Below, one piece after another: positions 43,372-52,563 of a stretch of 64,000 nt of DNA. The DNA is from a bacterium. Lineage in GTDB: Bacteria; UBA8248; JACPRG01; G963555815. The position numbers were made by a program, and so were the translations under genes. The notes below the pieces were generated by a model. The model saw only the letters and a list, made by a program, of their open reading frames with translations, was not told where the DNA came from and did not search any database. The DNA lies in contig OZ244653.1 of NCBI GenBank assembly GCA_965218795.1, positions 3,296,001-3,360,000 of the forward strand, read 5' to 3'. How positions within the stretch are numbered: the stretch's first letter is position 1; every line of letters starts with the position of its first letter.

Positions 43372-44373
43372 TCAGGAATTGTTGATTCCGAAGAGCTTTT
43401 TCGGAACGTCGTTCAGGATGGAACGCTTGTCCGCCTCGGTGAGCGCCTTGCAGTCGTTCACGACCGCCAGGCAATCACGCAGGTTGTGCTCGCCGAAGAA
43501 GGGGCTGTCGGTCCCGAAAACGATCTTCTCAACACCTGCAAATTGCGCCCCGTAGGCAAGGACCTCGGGATCGAAACCGATTGAGTCCAGGTAGAACATC
43601 CGGAAGTAATCCTCCGGGTCACCGGAGATACCGCTCCGCGCGCCTTCAAAACTCGCCGACCCCCGGGACAGCCGCCCCCAGAGGAAGGGCACCGTCCCGC
43701 CCAGATGCGAAAGGACGAGCTTCAGGTTCGGGTATCGCTCCAGGATCCCGCTGAAGACGATCCGCGCCGCGGCGATGGTGGTGTCTACGGTGAAACCGAG
43801 GAGGACGTCCAGACGATAGTCTCGCATCCGCTCGCGGCCCGCAGGGAGGATGGGATGGATATAGGCCGGCGCATCCAGCTCGCTCAAGGCGGCGAAGACG
43901 TCCTCGAACTGCTCGCCGTCCAGATCCTGACCGCGAACGTTCGAGCCCAGCAGACAGCCCCGCATGCCCAATTTCTTGACGGCGCGTTCCAACTCCTTCA
44001 CCGCGGACGACGGGTCTTGCAAGGGAAGGGCGGCCAGGGCGACGAATTGATCGGGATGGGTGTTCACGACGGCGGCCAGCTCGTCGTTGTAGACCCGGCA
44101 GATTTCGCGTCCCAGGTCCGGATCGGCCCAGAACACCATAGGCGGCGCGATGGAGAGAACCTGAAAATCGATGCCCGCGGCCTTCATATCGGCCAAGCGT
44201 ACGTCCACGTCGTAAAAACCAGGGAGGAACGTGAAGAATTCCCTTTCGTCGAAAAGAAGCACCCGATGACCCTGGTCATTCCGGCCGATCCGAACCGGGT
44301 ACTTGCTCCCCTGCGCCTCGATGAGGTCCAAATACGGCTCCGGATACAAATGCGCGTGCGTGTCGATAATCAT
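43372..44373 (-). CDS. Amidohydrolase_2 family, ACMSD-like decarboxylase/hydratase
   Basis: MIIDTHAH; ALPLQD; AYIHP; LSHLGG; FGTDSPF. Confidence 0.82.
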   Translation of the reverse strand: MIIDTHAHLYPEPYLDLIEAQGSKYPVRIGRNDQGHRVLLFDEREFFTFLPGFYDVDVRLADMKAAGIDFQVLSIAPPMVFWADPDLGREICRVYNDELAAVVNTHPDQFVALAALPLQDPSSAVKELERAVKKLGMRGCLLGSNVRGQDLDGEQFEDVFAALSELDAPAYIHPILPAGRERMRDYRLDVLLGFTVDTTIAAARIVFSGILERYPNLKLVLSHLGGTVPFLWGRLSRGSASFEGARSGISGDPEDYFRMFYLDSIGFDPEVLAYGAQFAGVEKIVFGTDSPFFGEHNLRDCLAVVNDCKALTEADKRSILNDVPKKLFGINNS

Positions 44374-44440
44374 GAAAAGATCTCTGTGGCGCACTTCCAT
44401 GCGACAGCTTGATAAGCAGGCATGCAAGTGCATAAATTTG

Positions 44441-44815
44441 GGGGACATTTTGGGCACTGGCGTGCCGGCCATTTCGCGGATGAGGGTTTGTGCTCTGAAT
44501 CAGACCTTTGTGGCGCATTGCCTTGCGATGGCCTCATCGCCAGGCATGCGAGTGCTGAGAACTGACACAGTGTGTCTCCCTCCAACCCCTCCCTCAAAAA
44601 CTTTCATCTCGCGATGCCGTACTTCGTACGCCATCGCAACAGCCGGCCAAAAAAAGTCCCCGTTCCGCGCTGACAGACCGGCGAGGAGCGGACCCACCCG
44701 CACCGCGAGCAGGCCGAGCATCGCTCGGCCGTGAAAAGTTTTTCGGGGGCCAGGGGGCGGTTTTCCAAAAAAGCCCCCTGGAGAATAAGTCATACGAGAT
44801 TCTCTGAAGAAGATC
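44441..44815. repeat. Modular hairpin repeat element, copy 1
   Basis: Inverted ends CCCTCAAAAACTTTC / GAAAAGTTTTTCGGGGG; 71-nt core 44662-44732 also at 49385 and 49694. Confidence 0.9.
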
Positions 44816-45944
44816 AAACGAGCTGCTTATCTCGCGCCTTCAGCGCTTCTTCCTTCAGGTGGACGCCCAACCCCGGGCCATCGGGCAACAGAAGCTCGCC
44901 GTTCTCAATCGTCAATCCCTCGGCCACGTCTTCCCCGATGCGATAGAACCCGTTCATCTCACCCGGCAGCTTCAGGTGCGTGAGGGCGAAGGCGAGGTGC
45001 GCTTCGGCGGCATTTTGGATACAACCCGCGAATCCGTGGCCCACTGTCATAGGAACGCCCGCGGTCTGACAGATGGCCGCGATCTGCATGGCCGGATAGA
45101 AGCCGCCCACCTTCATGATCTTGAATTTGATCACGTCTGCGGCCTCCATACGGATGACGCGCAGCGCGTCATGGGCCGTCACCACGCTCTCGTCCGCCAC
45201 CAGGGGTGTATCGATCGCCCGGGCGATCCGCGCCATCCCCTCCAGCTCGTCATGTGAAAGCGGCTGCTCGACGGCCTGGAGGTCGAACTCCTCCAGCCGC
45301 TTGATGTAGGCGATGGCCGTATCCGGGCGGTGGCGGGCGAAGGAAAGGGATTGGCTGAAATCCAGATCGATGGTCATTGAATCGCCGACGGCTTTTCGGA
45401 CCGCCGTGAGGATTTTCACGTCCTTCTCAAGAGCCATCCCCGCGCGGAAATTGAGGGCTTTGTAGCCTTCCTCCCGGTATTGGACCGCCAGTGAGGACAA
45501 CACCTCCGGCTCCAGGTAGCCCAGGTGGGGAGCCGCCATCGTGATCGTTTTTCGCCGCGCTCCGCCGAGCAACGCGGCGACAGGCTGTCCCGCCGCCCTG
45601 CCCATAATGTCGTAACACGCGGTGTCGATGGCGGACTGCGCATAGCGATGGCCCAGAGCCACCTTATCCATTTCCTCGTGAATGAGACCGATTTCGAAGG
45701 GGTCCATTCCGACGACGGCGGGCGCGAGGAGCTCCCGGACCGTCAGAAGGATATGGTCGAGCGTCTGCTCGAATTTCTGGTAGCGCGGAGCGCTGATGGT
45801 CGCTTGGCCGATGCCGTCGATGCTCTCGTCGGTGTGGACAACGACCACGGCGAAAGAAGAGGCGTCCTTGTGCGTCAGGGCCGTGATATAGGGAATACGC
45901 ATGGGGACCGTGACGGGAAACGCCTCGACGTGGGTAATCTTCAT
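44814..45944 (-). CDS. Enolase superfamily protein (muconate-lactonizing enzyme/dipeptide epimerase-like)
   Basis: SAIDTACYDIMG; metal ligands DFSQ, EQP, ADES; KIMKVGG. Confidence 0.88.
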   Translation of the reverse strand: MKITHVEAFPVTVPMRIPYITALTHKDASSFAVVVVHTDESIDGIGQATISAPRYQKFEQTLDHILLTVRELLAPAVVGMDPFEIGLIHEEMDKVALGHRYAQSAIDTACYDIMGRAAGQPVAALLGGARRKTITMAAPHLGYLEPEVLSSLAVQYREEGYKALNFRAGMALEKDVKILTAVRKAVGDSMTIDLDFSQSLSFARHRPDTAIAYIKRLEEFDLQAVEQPLSHDELEGMARIARAIDTPLVADESVVTAHDALRVIRMEAADVIKFKIMKVGGFYPAMQIAAICQTAGVPMTVGHGFAGCIQNAAEAHLAFALTHLKLPGEMNGFYRIGEDVAEGLTIENGELLLPDGPGLGVHLKEEALKARDKQLV

Positions 45945-46176
45945 TCCTGAATTCTCCGGGCTGACTCGGTGGTCCGCCGAGGATTCTCATGGATAGCGCG
46001 AATATCAGGTTTTACCACAAAAGATTTCGGAACCAGAACCGTCGGTTGAAGATGGACGACGATGAGCGGCTCAGGACCCGGCCGGGATCATGGTCCGGAA
46101 TCTCAGCCTTCACCGGAAATGCAGGATTTGATAGAATGAAGAAGTAACCAACACCATCGGGCAAGGAGAAGGCGGC

Positions 46177-46707
46177 ATGGGAACCCCTGAAAACGGGACC
46201 GAGGTTCAGCCGTTTGTCACGACCCTGGGACGAAAGAGCGGGAAACCGCACCCCGTTCAAATCCGCGCGTACTACTGGAGCGGCCGGCTCGTCGGCACCT
46301 CGCCGTTCCCGAAAACGAGGCGGGACTGGGTGTTGAACATCCTTGACCACCCGAACGTTACGATTCAAACCGAAACCCAGGTCGTTCACGCCACCGCCAA
46401 AGTGATGGATACCGAATCCGACAGCGAGATCAAGGAGAACGTATCCAAGCATCGGATCGGGTGGCGAAGCGTGGACTGCCCCGTGTTCGAGCCGCAGATT
46501 GACGCGTTCGTTGAATTCTTCCCGGACATCCCGGTGGAGGAGCTCTTCGATGAAGAGTCGGTTGTTCACTCGCCCGGCGAGGATCCTCTGCCTGCCTCGA
46601 CTCTTTCCGAGCTCATTCGCTGGCAGGCGGAGAACGGATGCTACCCCAAACAGATCCCGGAGGAAAAAACCCGGGTACCGGGCTCCCCCGTTCCCCCGGC
46701 CCGGTGA
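46177..46707 (+). CDS. Deazaflavin-dependent nitroreductase-like (Ddn/FDOR) protein
   Basis: TTLGRKSGKPH...RDWVLNILDHPNVTI; AGGAG RBS; TGnTAGAAT upstream. Confidence 0.65.
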   Translation: MGTPENGTEVQPFVTTLGRKSGKPHPVQIRAYYWSGRLVGTSPFPKTRRDWVLNILDHPNVTIQTETQVVHATAKVMDTESDSEIKENVSKHRIGWRSVDCPVFEPQIDAFVEFFPDIPVEELFDEESVVHSPGEDPLPASTLSELIRWQAENGCYPKQIPEEKTRVPGSPVPPAR

Positions 46708-46898
46708 AACGCCACCAGCAGAGGGACAAACTCCGCTCCCGGCGAAGTCCGGCGTTGACCCTGCCCGCCGATTGCTGAAAGCCGCTCAATCCCGGCTTCA
46801 GCGCAGAAACGTTTCAGAAGCTCGCCCGGTCAGGTTGATCACATCCTGATCGTCGTACTGACGGGTGCGCGAGAGCCTGATGGCCTGCTCGTGAAAGA

Positions 46899-47021
46899 TA
46901 CGTCGAAGTGAAACAAATACTTGCTCAGGATCAGAGGCTCCGCGGTCGATCCCGAGTCCCAACCAAAGGGGTCCAGCTTTTTGCCTTTCAGGTCATTCAA
47001 AGGCTTGCAGGGTTTCCCTTT
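46899..47021 (-). pseudogene. Internal remnant of another substrate-binding protein paralog
   Basis: KGKPCKPLNDLKGKKLDPFGWDSGSTAEPLILSKYLFHFDV vs TDSPYNSPADLKGKKIVIAGWDTGSAQIGTIIMKRFWGLDL (15/41 identical, no gaps). Confidence 0.7.
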
Positions 47022-47027
47022 TCAGGG

Positions 47028-47063
47028 AAAACGGCATCCGTCTTCACCGCAACAGCGGATGCC
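47028..47063 (-). terminator. Possible terminator downstream of M24 peptidase gene
   Basis: GGCATCCG...CGGATGCC stem then GTTTT on minus strand; long loop. Confidence 0.4.
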
Positions 47064-47156
47064 CGCTTCGCTGATTTTTCTGTATGCCGGGGGAGAGTGC
47101 CTGGGAGGGCTTGCCATCTGTTGCTCTGTTCCGTTTTGCTGAACGGTCTTTTTCAT

Positions 47157-48359
47157 TCACCACCAGCGGTGCTCGCAACGGCTGAGGACCTCATGGCCCG
47201 ACTCCGTGACAAGAACCGTGTCTTCCAAAGTAGCGCCGCCGAATTTCTCATCCAACAGGATGCTCTCGTAATTGATCGTCTCGCCCGGCCGAAGAACATA
47301 GTCCTTCTGGACGGGACGCGGCAGGTCCCGGAACTTCGTCGTACCGAGACCGTGTCCCTTGAGGTAGTACCTCCCCTGATACCCCATCTCGTTCGCTATC
47401 TTCAGCGCCTCGGTCTCGATCTCCCCAAGCGATCTTCCCGGGTGCGTAGCCTCGATGGCCGACAGCAGGCCCAGCCGCGCACACTCCAGGAAATTCAATT
47501 CGCCCCCATCGGCGGCGCCTCCGACCTTCATGACGCGCGCAAGGTCCGTTCCATACCCCTCGTACTCCGGCTCGATGTCGAGGAAGAGCAGGTCGCCCGG
47601 CTGAATCTTCCGGTCCGTCGGCGCGCAGTTCTTGAGCAGCGTCCGGGGGCCGGAAACCAAACAAACCGGAAATGGGCCGTATAAATTTTGCGAGCCCGCG
47701 CGGAACATGGCCGCCACCGCCTCCGCGGCGACTTCGTTCTCGCTTGCGCCGGGACGGGCCGCTTTCCGCGCCGCCTTCAGGCCCCCAACGCCGATATTCG
47801 ACACCTTCCGGATGACCTCGATTTCCGCCGGACTCTTGACGGCCTTCTCCGCCAGATAGTCATAGGTCGCATCGACAATCCGGTCTTCCGGGATGAAGGT
47901 CCGGACCCTCGTCGACAGCTCGTACGTCAAGGCGTCCTCGCCGACAAAGCCGATGCGTCCGGTGGGTGGAAGCGTCGAGACGGCGTCCCGGAGATGGCCC
48001 GGCAGCCCGTTCGGGTCGGCCGCGACCGGCCGCGCGGGCCGGTAATCCCTCACCCATGTCATCCATGCGCTGCTCTGCATGGGCTCCATGCGGAACAGGG
48101 AGTCCGTCCCCAGGACCGGCTCGCCTTCGCGGGGAATCAGGAAAAAGCTGTAGCCGACGTAGCTGTCGAAGTTGGCGATCCATCGAAGGTTGCCGCTCTG
48201 CCTGGGCGCGGCGAAAAGAAGCAAGGCCGACAGTTCCAACCGTTCCATCAAGGCCCGGAGGCGGTTCATCCGGTCCTCGTACTCGGCCATCTCGAAGGGC
48301 AGATCGAGCCACTTTTTCCGGGATTCCCAATCGGCGGGCAGGATGCCGGGAAGGCTCAA
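47157..48359 (-). CDS. M24 family metallopeptidase (Xaa-Pro/creatinase-like)
   Basis: KSPAEIE; ligands LDI...TDLAR, GHGLG, NYE, LED. Confidence 0.85.
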   Translation of the reverse strand: MSLPGILPADWESRKKWLDLPFEMAEYEDRMNRLRALMERLELSALLLFAAPRQSGNLRWIANFDSYVGYSFFLIPREGEPVLGTDSLFRMEPMQSSAWMTWVRDYRPARPVAADPNGLPGHLRDAVSTLPPTGRIGFVGEDALTYELSTRVRTFIPEDRIVDATYDYLAEKAVKSPAEIEVIRKVSNIGVGGLKAARKAARPGASENEVAAEAVAAMFRAGSQNLYGPFPVCLVSGPRTLLKNCAPTDRKIQPGDLLFLDIEPEYEGYGTDLARVMKVGGAADGGELNFLECARLGLLSAIEATHPGRSLGEIETEALKIANEMGYQGRYYLKGHGLGTTKFRDLPRPVQKDYVLRPGETINYESILLDEKFGGATLEDTVLVTESGHEVLSRCEHRWW

Positions 48360-48390
48360 GACAACCTCTTGATGAGCAATCGAGAAATAC

Positions 48391-48574
48391 TCTTAGGGGG
48401 GCTTTTTTAAAAAACCGCCCCCCTAAGACCCCCTGAAAAACTTTCCTTTCGCCGCGCACGGGATTTGTTGTGCCAAACGCTAGGTCATCCAACGCGGCCA
48501 TAAATCCCGATTCATCCCATCTCCTAAAACAACTTGTGTTTTCCAATCGCGCGCGAGGCGTGCGATTGGAAAAC
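48391..48574. repeat. Modular hairpin repeat element, partial copy
   Basis: TCTTAGGGGGG...CCCCCCTAAGA hairpin plus AAAAACTTTC; palindrome GTTTTCCAATCGC...GCGATTGGAAAAC; similar to 49561-49675. Confidence 0.8.
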
Positions 48575-48587
48575 CGGCTCCAACGAA

Positions 48588-49145
48588 TCAGCCCACTTGA
48601 TCATGCCGAAAGCAACCGACGACATGGTCGTTGACCATCCCCACGGCCTGCATGAAGGCGTAGCAGATGGTGGAGCCGACGAAGTTGAATCCCCGTAGCT
48701 TCAGATCCTTGCTCATGGTGTCGGATTCCTGGGTCGCGGCGGGAACGTCGGCGAGCCTGCGCCAAGCGTTCCTGATCGGATGCCCGTACACGAACCGCCA
48801 GACGTACTCGTCGAAACCGCCGAATTCCTCTTGAACCTCGAGAAATGCCCGTGCGTTTCGCACGGCCGAATCGATCTTCAGGCGATTGCGGACGATGCCC
48901 GGATCGGACAGCAGACGGGTGATCTTCCGCTTGTTGTAGCGGGCGATTTTGTTTGGGTCGAATCCATCGAACGCGACTCGATAGTTTTCCCGCTTCTTCA
49001 GAATCGTGTCCCAGCTCAGGCCCGCTTGGGCTCCCTCCAATAGCAAAAACTCGAACAAAACCCGGTCGTCGTGAACCGGAACACCCCACTCTTCATCATG
49101 ATATCGAATGGAGAGTTCGTTTCCAGCCCATTCGCAACGATTCAT
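48588..49145 (-). CDS. tag: DNA-3-methyladenine glycosylase I
   Basis: RCEWA; YHDEEWGVP; LEGAQAGLSW; IVRNRLKI; FVGSTICYAFMQA; NDH. Confidence 0.96.
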   Translation of the reverse strand: MNRCEWAGNELSIRYHDEEWGVPVHDDRVLFEFLLLEGAQAGLSWDTILKKRENYRVAFDGFDPNKIARYNKRKITRLLSDPGIVRNRLKIDSAVRNARAFLEVQEEFGGFDEYVWRFVYGHPIRNAWRRLADVPAATQESDTMSKDLKLRGFNFVGSTICYAFMQAVGMVNDHVVGCFRHDQVG

Positions 49146-49238
49146 TGAAAACCTTCTTCATGCCAAGGACGATTCTTGTGCATTTGCTCGCCGGCCATTT
49201 TGCGGCTTCCTCAAGCCCGCTATTTCGTTCAATTGTTC

Positions 49239-49932
49239 TGGGGGCCTTTTTGAAAGCCGGCCCCCCAAACCCCCCGGAAAACTTTCATTTCGCGAGGGCG
49301 TGCGAAGCACGCCATCGCAACAGCTGACACCTTGGCCGGATGCCGGAGGCTTCCGCAGGAAGGCGGGCATCCGGACGAAGATATGTTCCGCGCTGACAGA
49401 CCGGCGATGAGCGGACCCACCCACACCGCGAGCAGGCCGAGCAGCGCTCGGCCGTGAAAAGTTTTTCGGGGGTCCAGGGGGCGGTTTTCCAAAAAAGCCC
49501 CCTGGAGAATAAGCCATACGAGGATCTCTGAAGAAAATCAGTGGCAACGTGCCACTGCGGTTTCGCCGCGCACGGTAGCTTTGAGTCAAACTCCAAATCT
49601 TCCCGCGCGGCAATTGAACAAATTTCAACAACTCCAGTCTTCCAATGGCGTGCTTTGCACGCCATTGGAACAGCCGGCACCTTGCAAAGACATGTTCCAC
49701 GCTGACAAACCAGCGATGAGCGGACCCACCCACACCGCGATCAGGCCGAGCATCGCTCGGCCGTCGAAAGTTTTCGAGGGAAGTCTGAGGGGAGACACAC
49801 GGTGTCGGTTCTCAGCACTCGCATGCCTGGTGATGAGGCCATCGCAAGGCAATGCGCCACGAAGATCTGATTCAGAGACAAATCCTCATCCGCGAAACGG
49901 CCGGCACGCCAGTGCACAAAATGTCCCCTCAG
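49239..49932. repeat. Two tandem copies of the modular hairpin repeat element
   Basis: Cores 49385-49455 and 49694-49764; 49766-49932 is an inverted copy of 44441-44605; 49456-49540 matches 44733-44815. Confidence 0.92.
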
Positions 49933-49954
49933 CCCAAATGTCAGAGTTTCTAAC

Positions 49955-52222
49955 CTACCGACTTTTTCTCAAAGCGGTGAGAACCCTCTCCGCCGTAATC
50001 GGAAGCTCGGTGATCCAGACACCCGTGGCGTCGTAGATGGCGTTGGCGATGGCCGCGGCGGTGGGCACACTGCCGCCCTCGGACGCCCCTTTCGCCCCGT
50101 ACGGCCCATAGGGGTCATGCGTCTCGATAGCGACCGACTCGACGGAGGGCACCGATTCCGCCTTGGGGAGCGCATAATCCCCGAAATTCCCGTTGACGAC
50201 CTGGCCGCCCTCGGTCTTCAATTCTTCCGTGAGAGCGAAGCCGACTCCCTGGACCGCCGCGCCCTCCACCTGACCGTGAACGGCCAGGGGATTCAGCATC
50301 CGCCCGACGTCGTCCGCCGACACCAGCCGAACGAGCTGGACGTGGCCCGTTTCCATATCCACCTCGACCTCCGCCATCTGCGCGGCAAATTCGTAGGCGA
50401 CCGAAATATTTCCCGCCATGGTTTTCGGATCGTAGTTCTCGGACGGAGGGTCCCATTCACCCTCCCCCCGGATGGGCTCACCGCCATTACGCCGGACGGC
50501 CTCCGGGCAAACCTCGTCCAGGGACACCGACCGCTCGGGCGAACCTTTGACCCGGAAGGCCCCCCCGGCCCATTCGATGTCATCCACCGCGGCTTCCAGC
50601 ATTTCCGCGGCCACGGGCGCAAGCTTCGATTTCAGGTCTTCGACGGCGTTCCTGATCGCGTGCCCGGCGATGAGGGCGAGACGGCTCGCGAACGCTCCCA
50701 GGGTATTCGGCGTGTCCTCGGTGTTGGTCTCGGCCACCTCGACCCGGTCCAGGCCCAAATTCAGTTCCTCGGCGGTGACGACGGCGGCAAGGGTTCGGGC
50801 GCCTTGGCCGATGTCGCCGTCTCCCGACCGGACCACCGCCCGCCCTTCCTCATTCAAATCGATGTGGGCCCGGGCGCCCTCCCATTCGAACTGCAAGCGG
50901 TTTCCGCTCACATGAACGGCGCAGGCGAGGCCGAGGCCCCGGCGAATCCTTCCGTTCTCCTTTTTCGCGCCCAACCAATCCACGGCCCCGGTGCAGTAAC
51001 GGATGGCCTCCTCCAGACCGCAGGATTCGTATTTCCAGTGATGGGCTGTGACGTCGCCCGTCCGGACGACGTTCTTCAGCCGGATCTCCGCCGGGTCCAT
51101 TCCAATCTCATGCGCCAACCCATCCACGGCGCACTCCTGGGGAAAGGTCCCCTGGGGATTTCCAAACCCGCGGTAGGCGCCGGTCGGGATCTTGTTGGTA
51201 TAAACGAGGAAGCCTTCACCGCGAATGTGCTCGAGCCGATAGAGGTTATCGGGGCGGTAGAGCGCGGTCAGCATGATGCCCTTGGCCAGACCCGTGTAAG
51301 CCCCGTTATCCGACACCATGCGGGACTCCTTGGTCAGCAGGGTGCCGTCCTTCTTCGCTCCCATGCGAATCCAGGTCTTCGTGGGAACCCGCGGGCGAGC
51401 CCCCTGGAACTCGTCCCAGCGGGAATTGATGATTCGGACGGGACGTTCCGCTTTCATGGCCAGCACCAGCGTGATGAAGGCGTTGGCATCATCCTGGGAT
51501 TTTCCCCCGAAGCCCCCTCCCACAAAGGGCTGAACGACTTTGATGTTTTCCGGTTTCAGGCCCAGGACCCTGGCCATCAGACTGCGCGACTCGAAGATGA
51601 CCTGAAAGGGGGAATAGACCGTGTAGTTCCCCCTGCCTTCCGGAACGGCCAGGGTGCCGTTCGGCTCCATGTACGCCTGGTACATCAGGGGCGTGGCGTA
51701 GGTGTTTTCATAGACGGCGTCCGCCTGCTTCAGGGCGGCATCCACGTCTCCCCGCTCGATCCGCTGCCGGTGCGTGACGTTGCCGCCTTCATGAATAGGC
51801 GGCGCATCCTCCGCCATGGCTTCTTCCGGGTCGAAGACCGCGGGAAGGGGGTCGTACGCTACATCGATCAGCTCAATGGCCTCGGCCGCGGCGGCATCGT
51901 CCTCGGCTGCGACGGCGGCGACCTCCTCCCCAATGTACCGGACCTTGTCCCGGGCCAGGATGGTCTGGTCCTTGACGTCGGCGGTGCTCCACCTCTGTTC
52001 GGGGGTATCGGCGGCCGTGATGATCGTGTGGACGCCGGACACCTTCAGGGCCTTGCCGACGTCGACGTTCAGGATGCGGGCGTGGGCGTGCGGGCTTCTG
52101 AGCACCTTGCCGTGAAGGACGTCCGGCACCCGGATGTCGGCCACATAGTCGGCGGTTCCCGAGACCTTCAACGGAGCATCCACCAAAGGTATCGGTTTTC
52201 CGATGTATCTCAATTCGTCCAT
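49955..52222 (-). CDS. Xanthine dehydrogenase family molybdopterin-binding large subunit (orphan)
   Basis: LRSPHAHARI; VGGGFGGK; AYRGFG; GQVEG; GAKGASEG; start moved to MDELRY. Confidence 0.92.
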   Translation of the reverse strand: MDELRYIGKPIPLVDAPLKVSGTADYVADIRVPDVLHGKVLRSPHAHARILNVDVGKALKVSGVHTIITAADTPEQRWSTADVKDQTILARDKVRYIGEEVAAVAAEDDAAAAEAIELIDVAYDPLPAVFDPEEAMAEDAPPIHEGGNVTHRQRIERGDVDAALKQADAVYENTYATPLMYQAYMEPNGTLAVPEGRGNYTVYSPFQVIFESRSLMARVLGLKPENIKVVQPFVGGGFGGKSQDDANAFITLVLAMKAERPVRIINSRWDEFQGARPRVPTKTWIRMGAKKDGTLLTKESRMVSDNGAYTGLAKGIMLTALYRPDNLYRLEHIRGEGFLVYTNKIPTGAYRGFGNPQGTFPQECAVDGLAHEIGMDPAEIRLKNVVRTGDVTAHHWKYESCGLEEAIRYCTGAVDWLGAKKENGRIRRGLGLACAVHVSGNRLQFEWEGARAHIDLNEEGRAVVRSGDGDIGQGARTLAAVVTAEELNLGLDRVEVAETNTEDTPNTLGAFASRLALIAGHAIRNAVEDLKSKLAPVAAEMLEAAVDDIEWAGGAFRVKGSPERSVSLDEVCPEAVRRNGGEPIRGEGEWDPPSENYDPKTMAGNISVAYEFAAQMAEVEVDMETGHVQLVRLVSADDVGRMLNPLAVHGQVEGAAVQGVGFALTEELKTEGGQVVNGNFGDYALPKAESVPSVESVAIETHDPYGPYGAKGASEGGSVPTAAAIANAIYDATGVWITELPITAERVLTALRKSR

Positions 52223-52298
52223 ATCATGACTCCCGCTCCTATCAGTTCTGCCCATGCCTGGAAGAAAACCGCAAGCTCTTGGGGAACGCTTATTCAAG

Positions 52299-52521
52299 CC
52301 GAGGGGACATTTTGAAATTGTCCCCTCGGACTCCCCTCAAAAACTTTCTTTTCGCGATGGCAGACCCGTGGTCAGCAGACTGGGAAGATTTTTTGCGGGG
52401 GGCGCTTTTCGGTGGCAACGTGCCACTGCGGTTTCGCGGCGCCCATCGGGCGCCGCAACCGGGCTGGACAGGGGTATCGGAGATTGTCCACTTCTTGTGC
52501 CCGGCGAGAACGGTGCAGGCC
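52299..52521. repeat. Truncated modular hairpin repeat element
   Basis: CCGAGGGGACA-9nt-TGTCCCCTCGG plus CCCCTCAAAAACTTTC; GTGGCAACGTGCCACTGCGGTTTCGC shared with 49541; CCCGGCGAGAACGGTGCAGGCC shared with 53592. Confidence 0.8.
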
Positions 52522-52563
52522 GTGCCTGCCCCCTCGGAATCCTCTTTCTCCTCATTCGTGATT

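Noticed and set aside
44500-49733. ORFs 44500-44817, 49158-49733 and 49625-49852 sharing MLGLLAV.VGPL.AGLSA
   Set aside because: They are translations of the repeat core; starts, stops and frames are not conserved between copies
44441-49932. Repeats as a CRISPR array
   Set aside because: Units are long, dispersed and irregular, with no constant-length unique spacers and no cas genes
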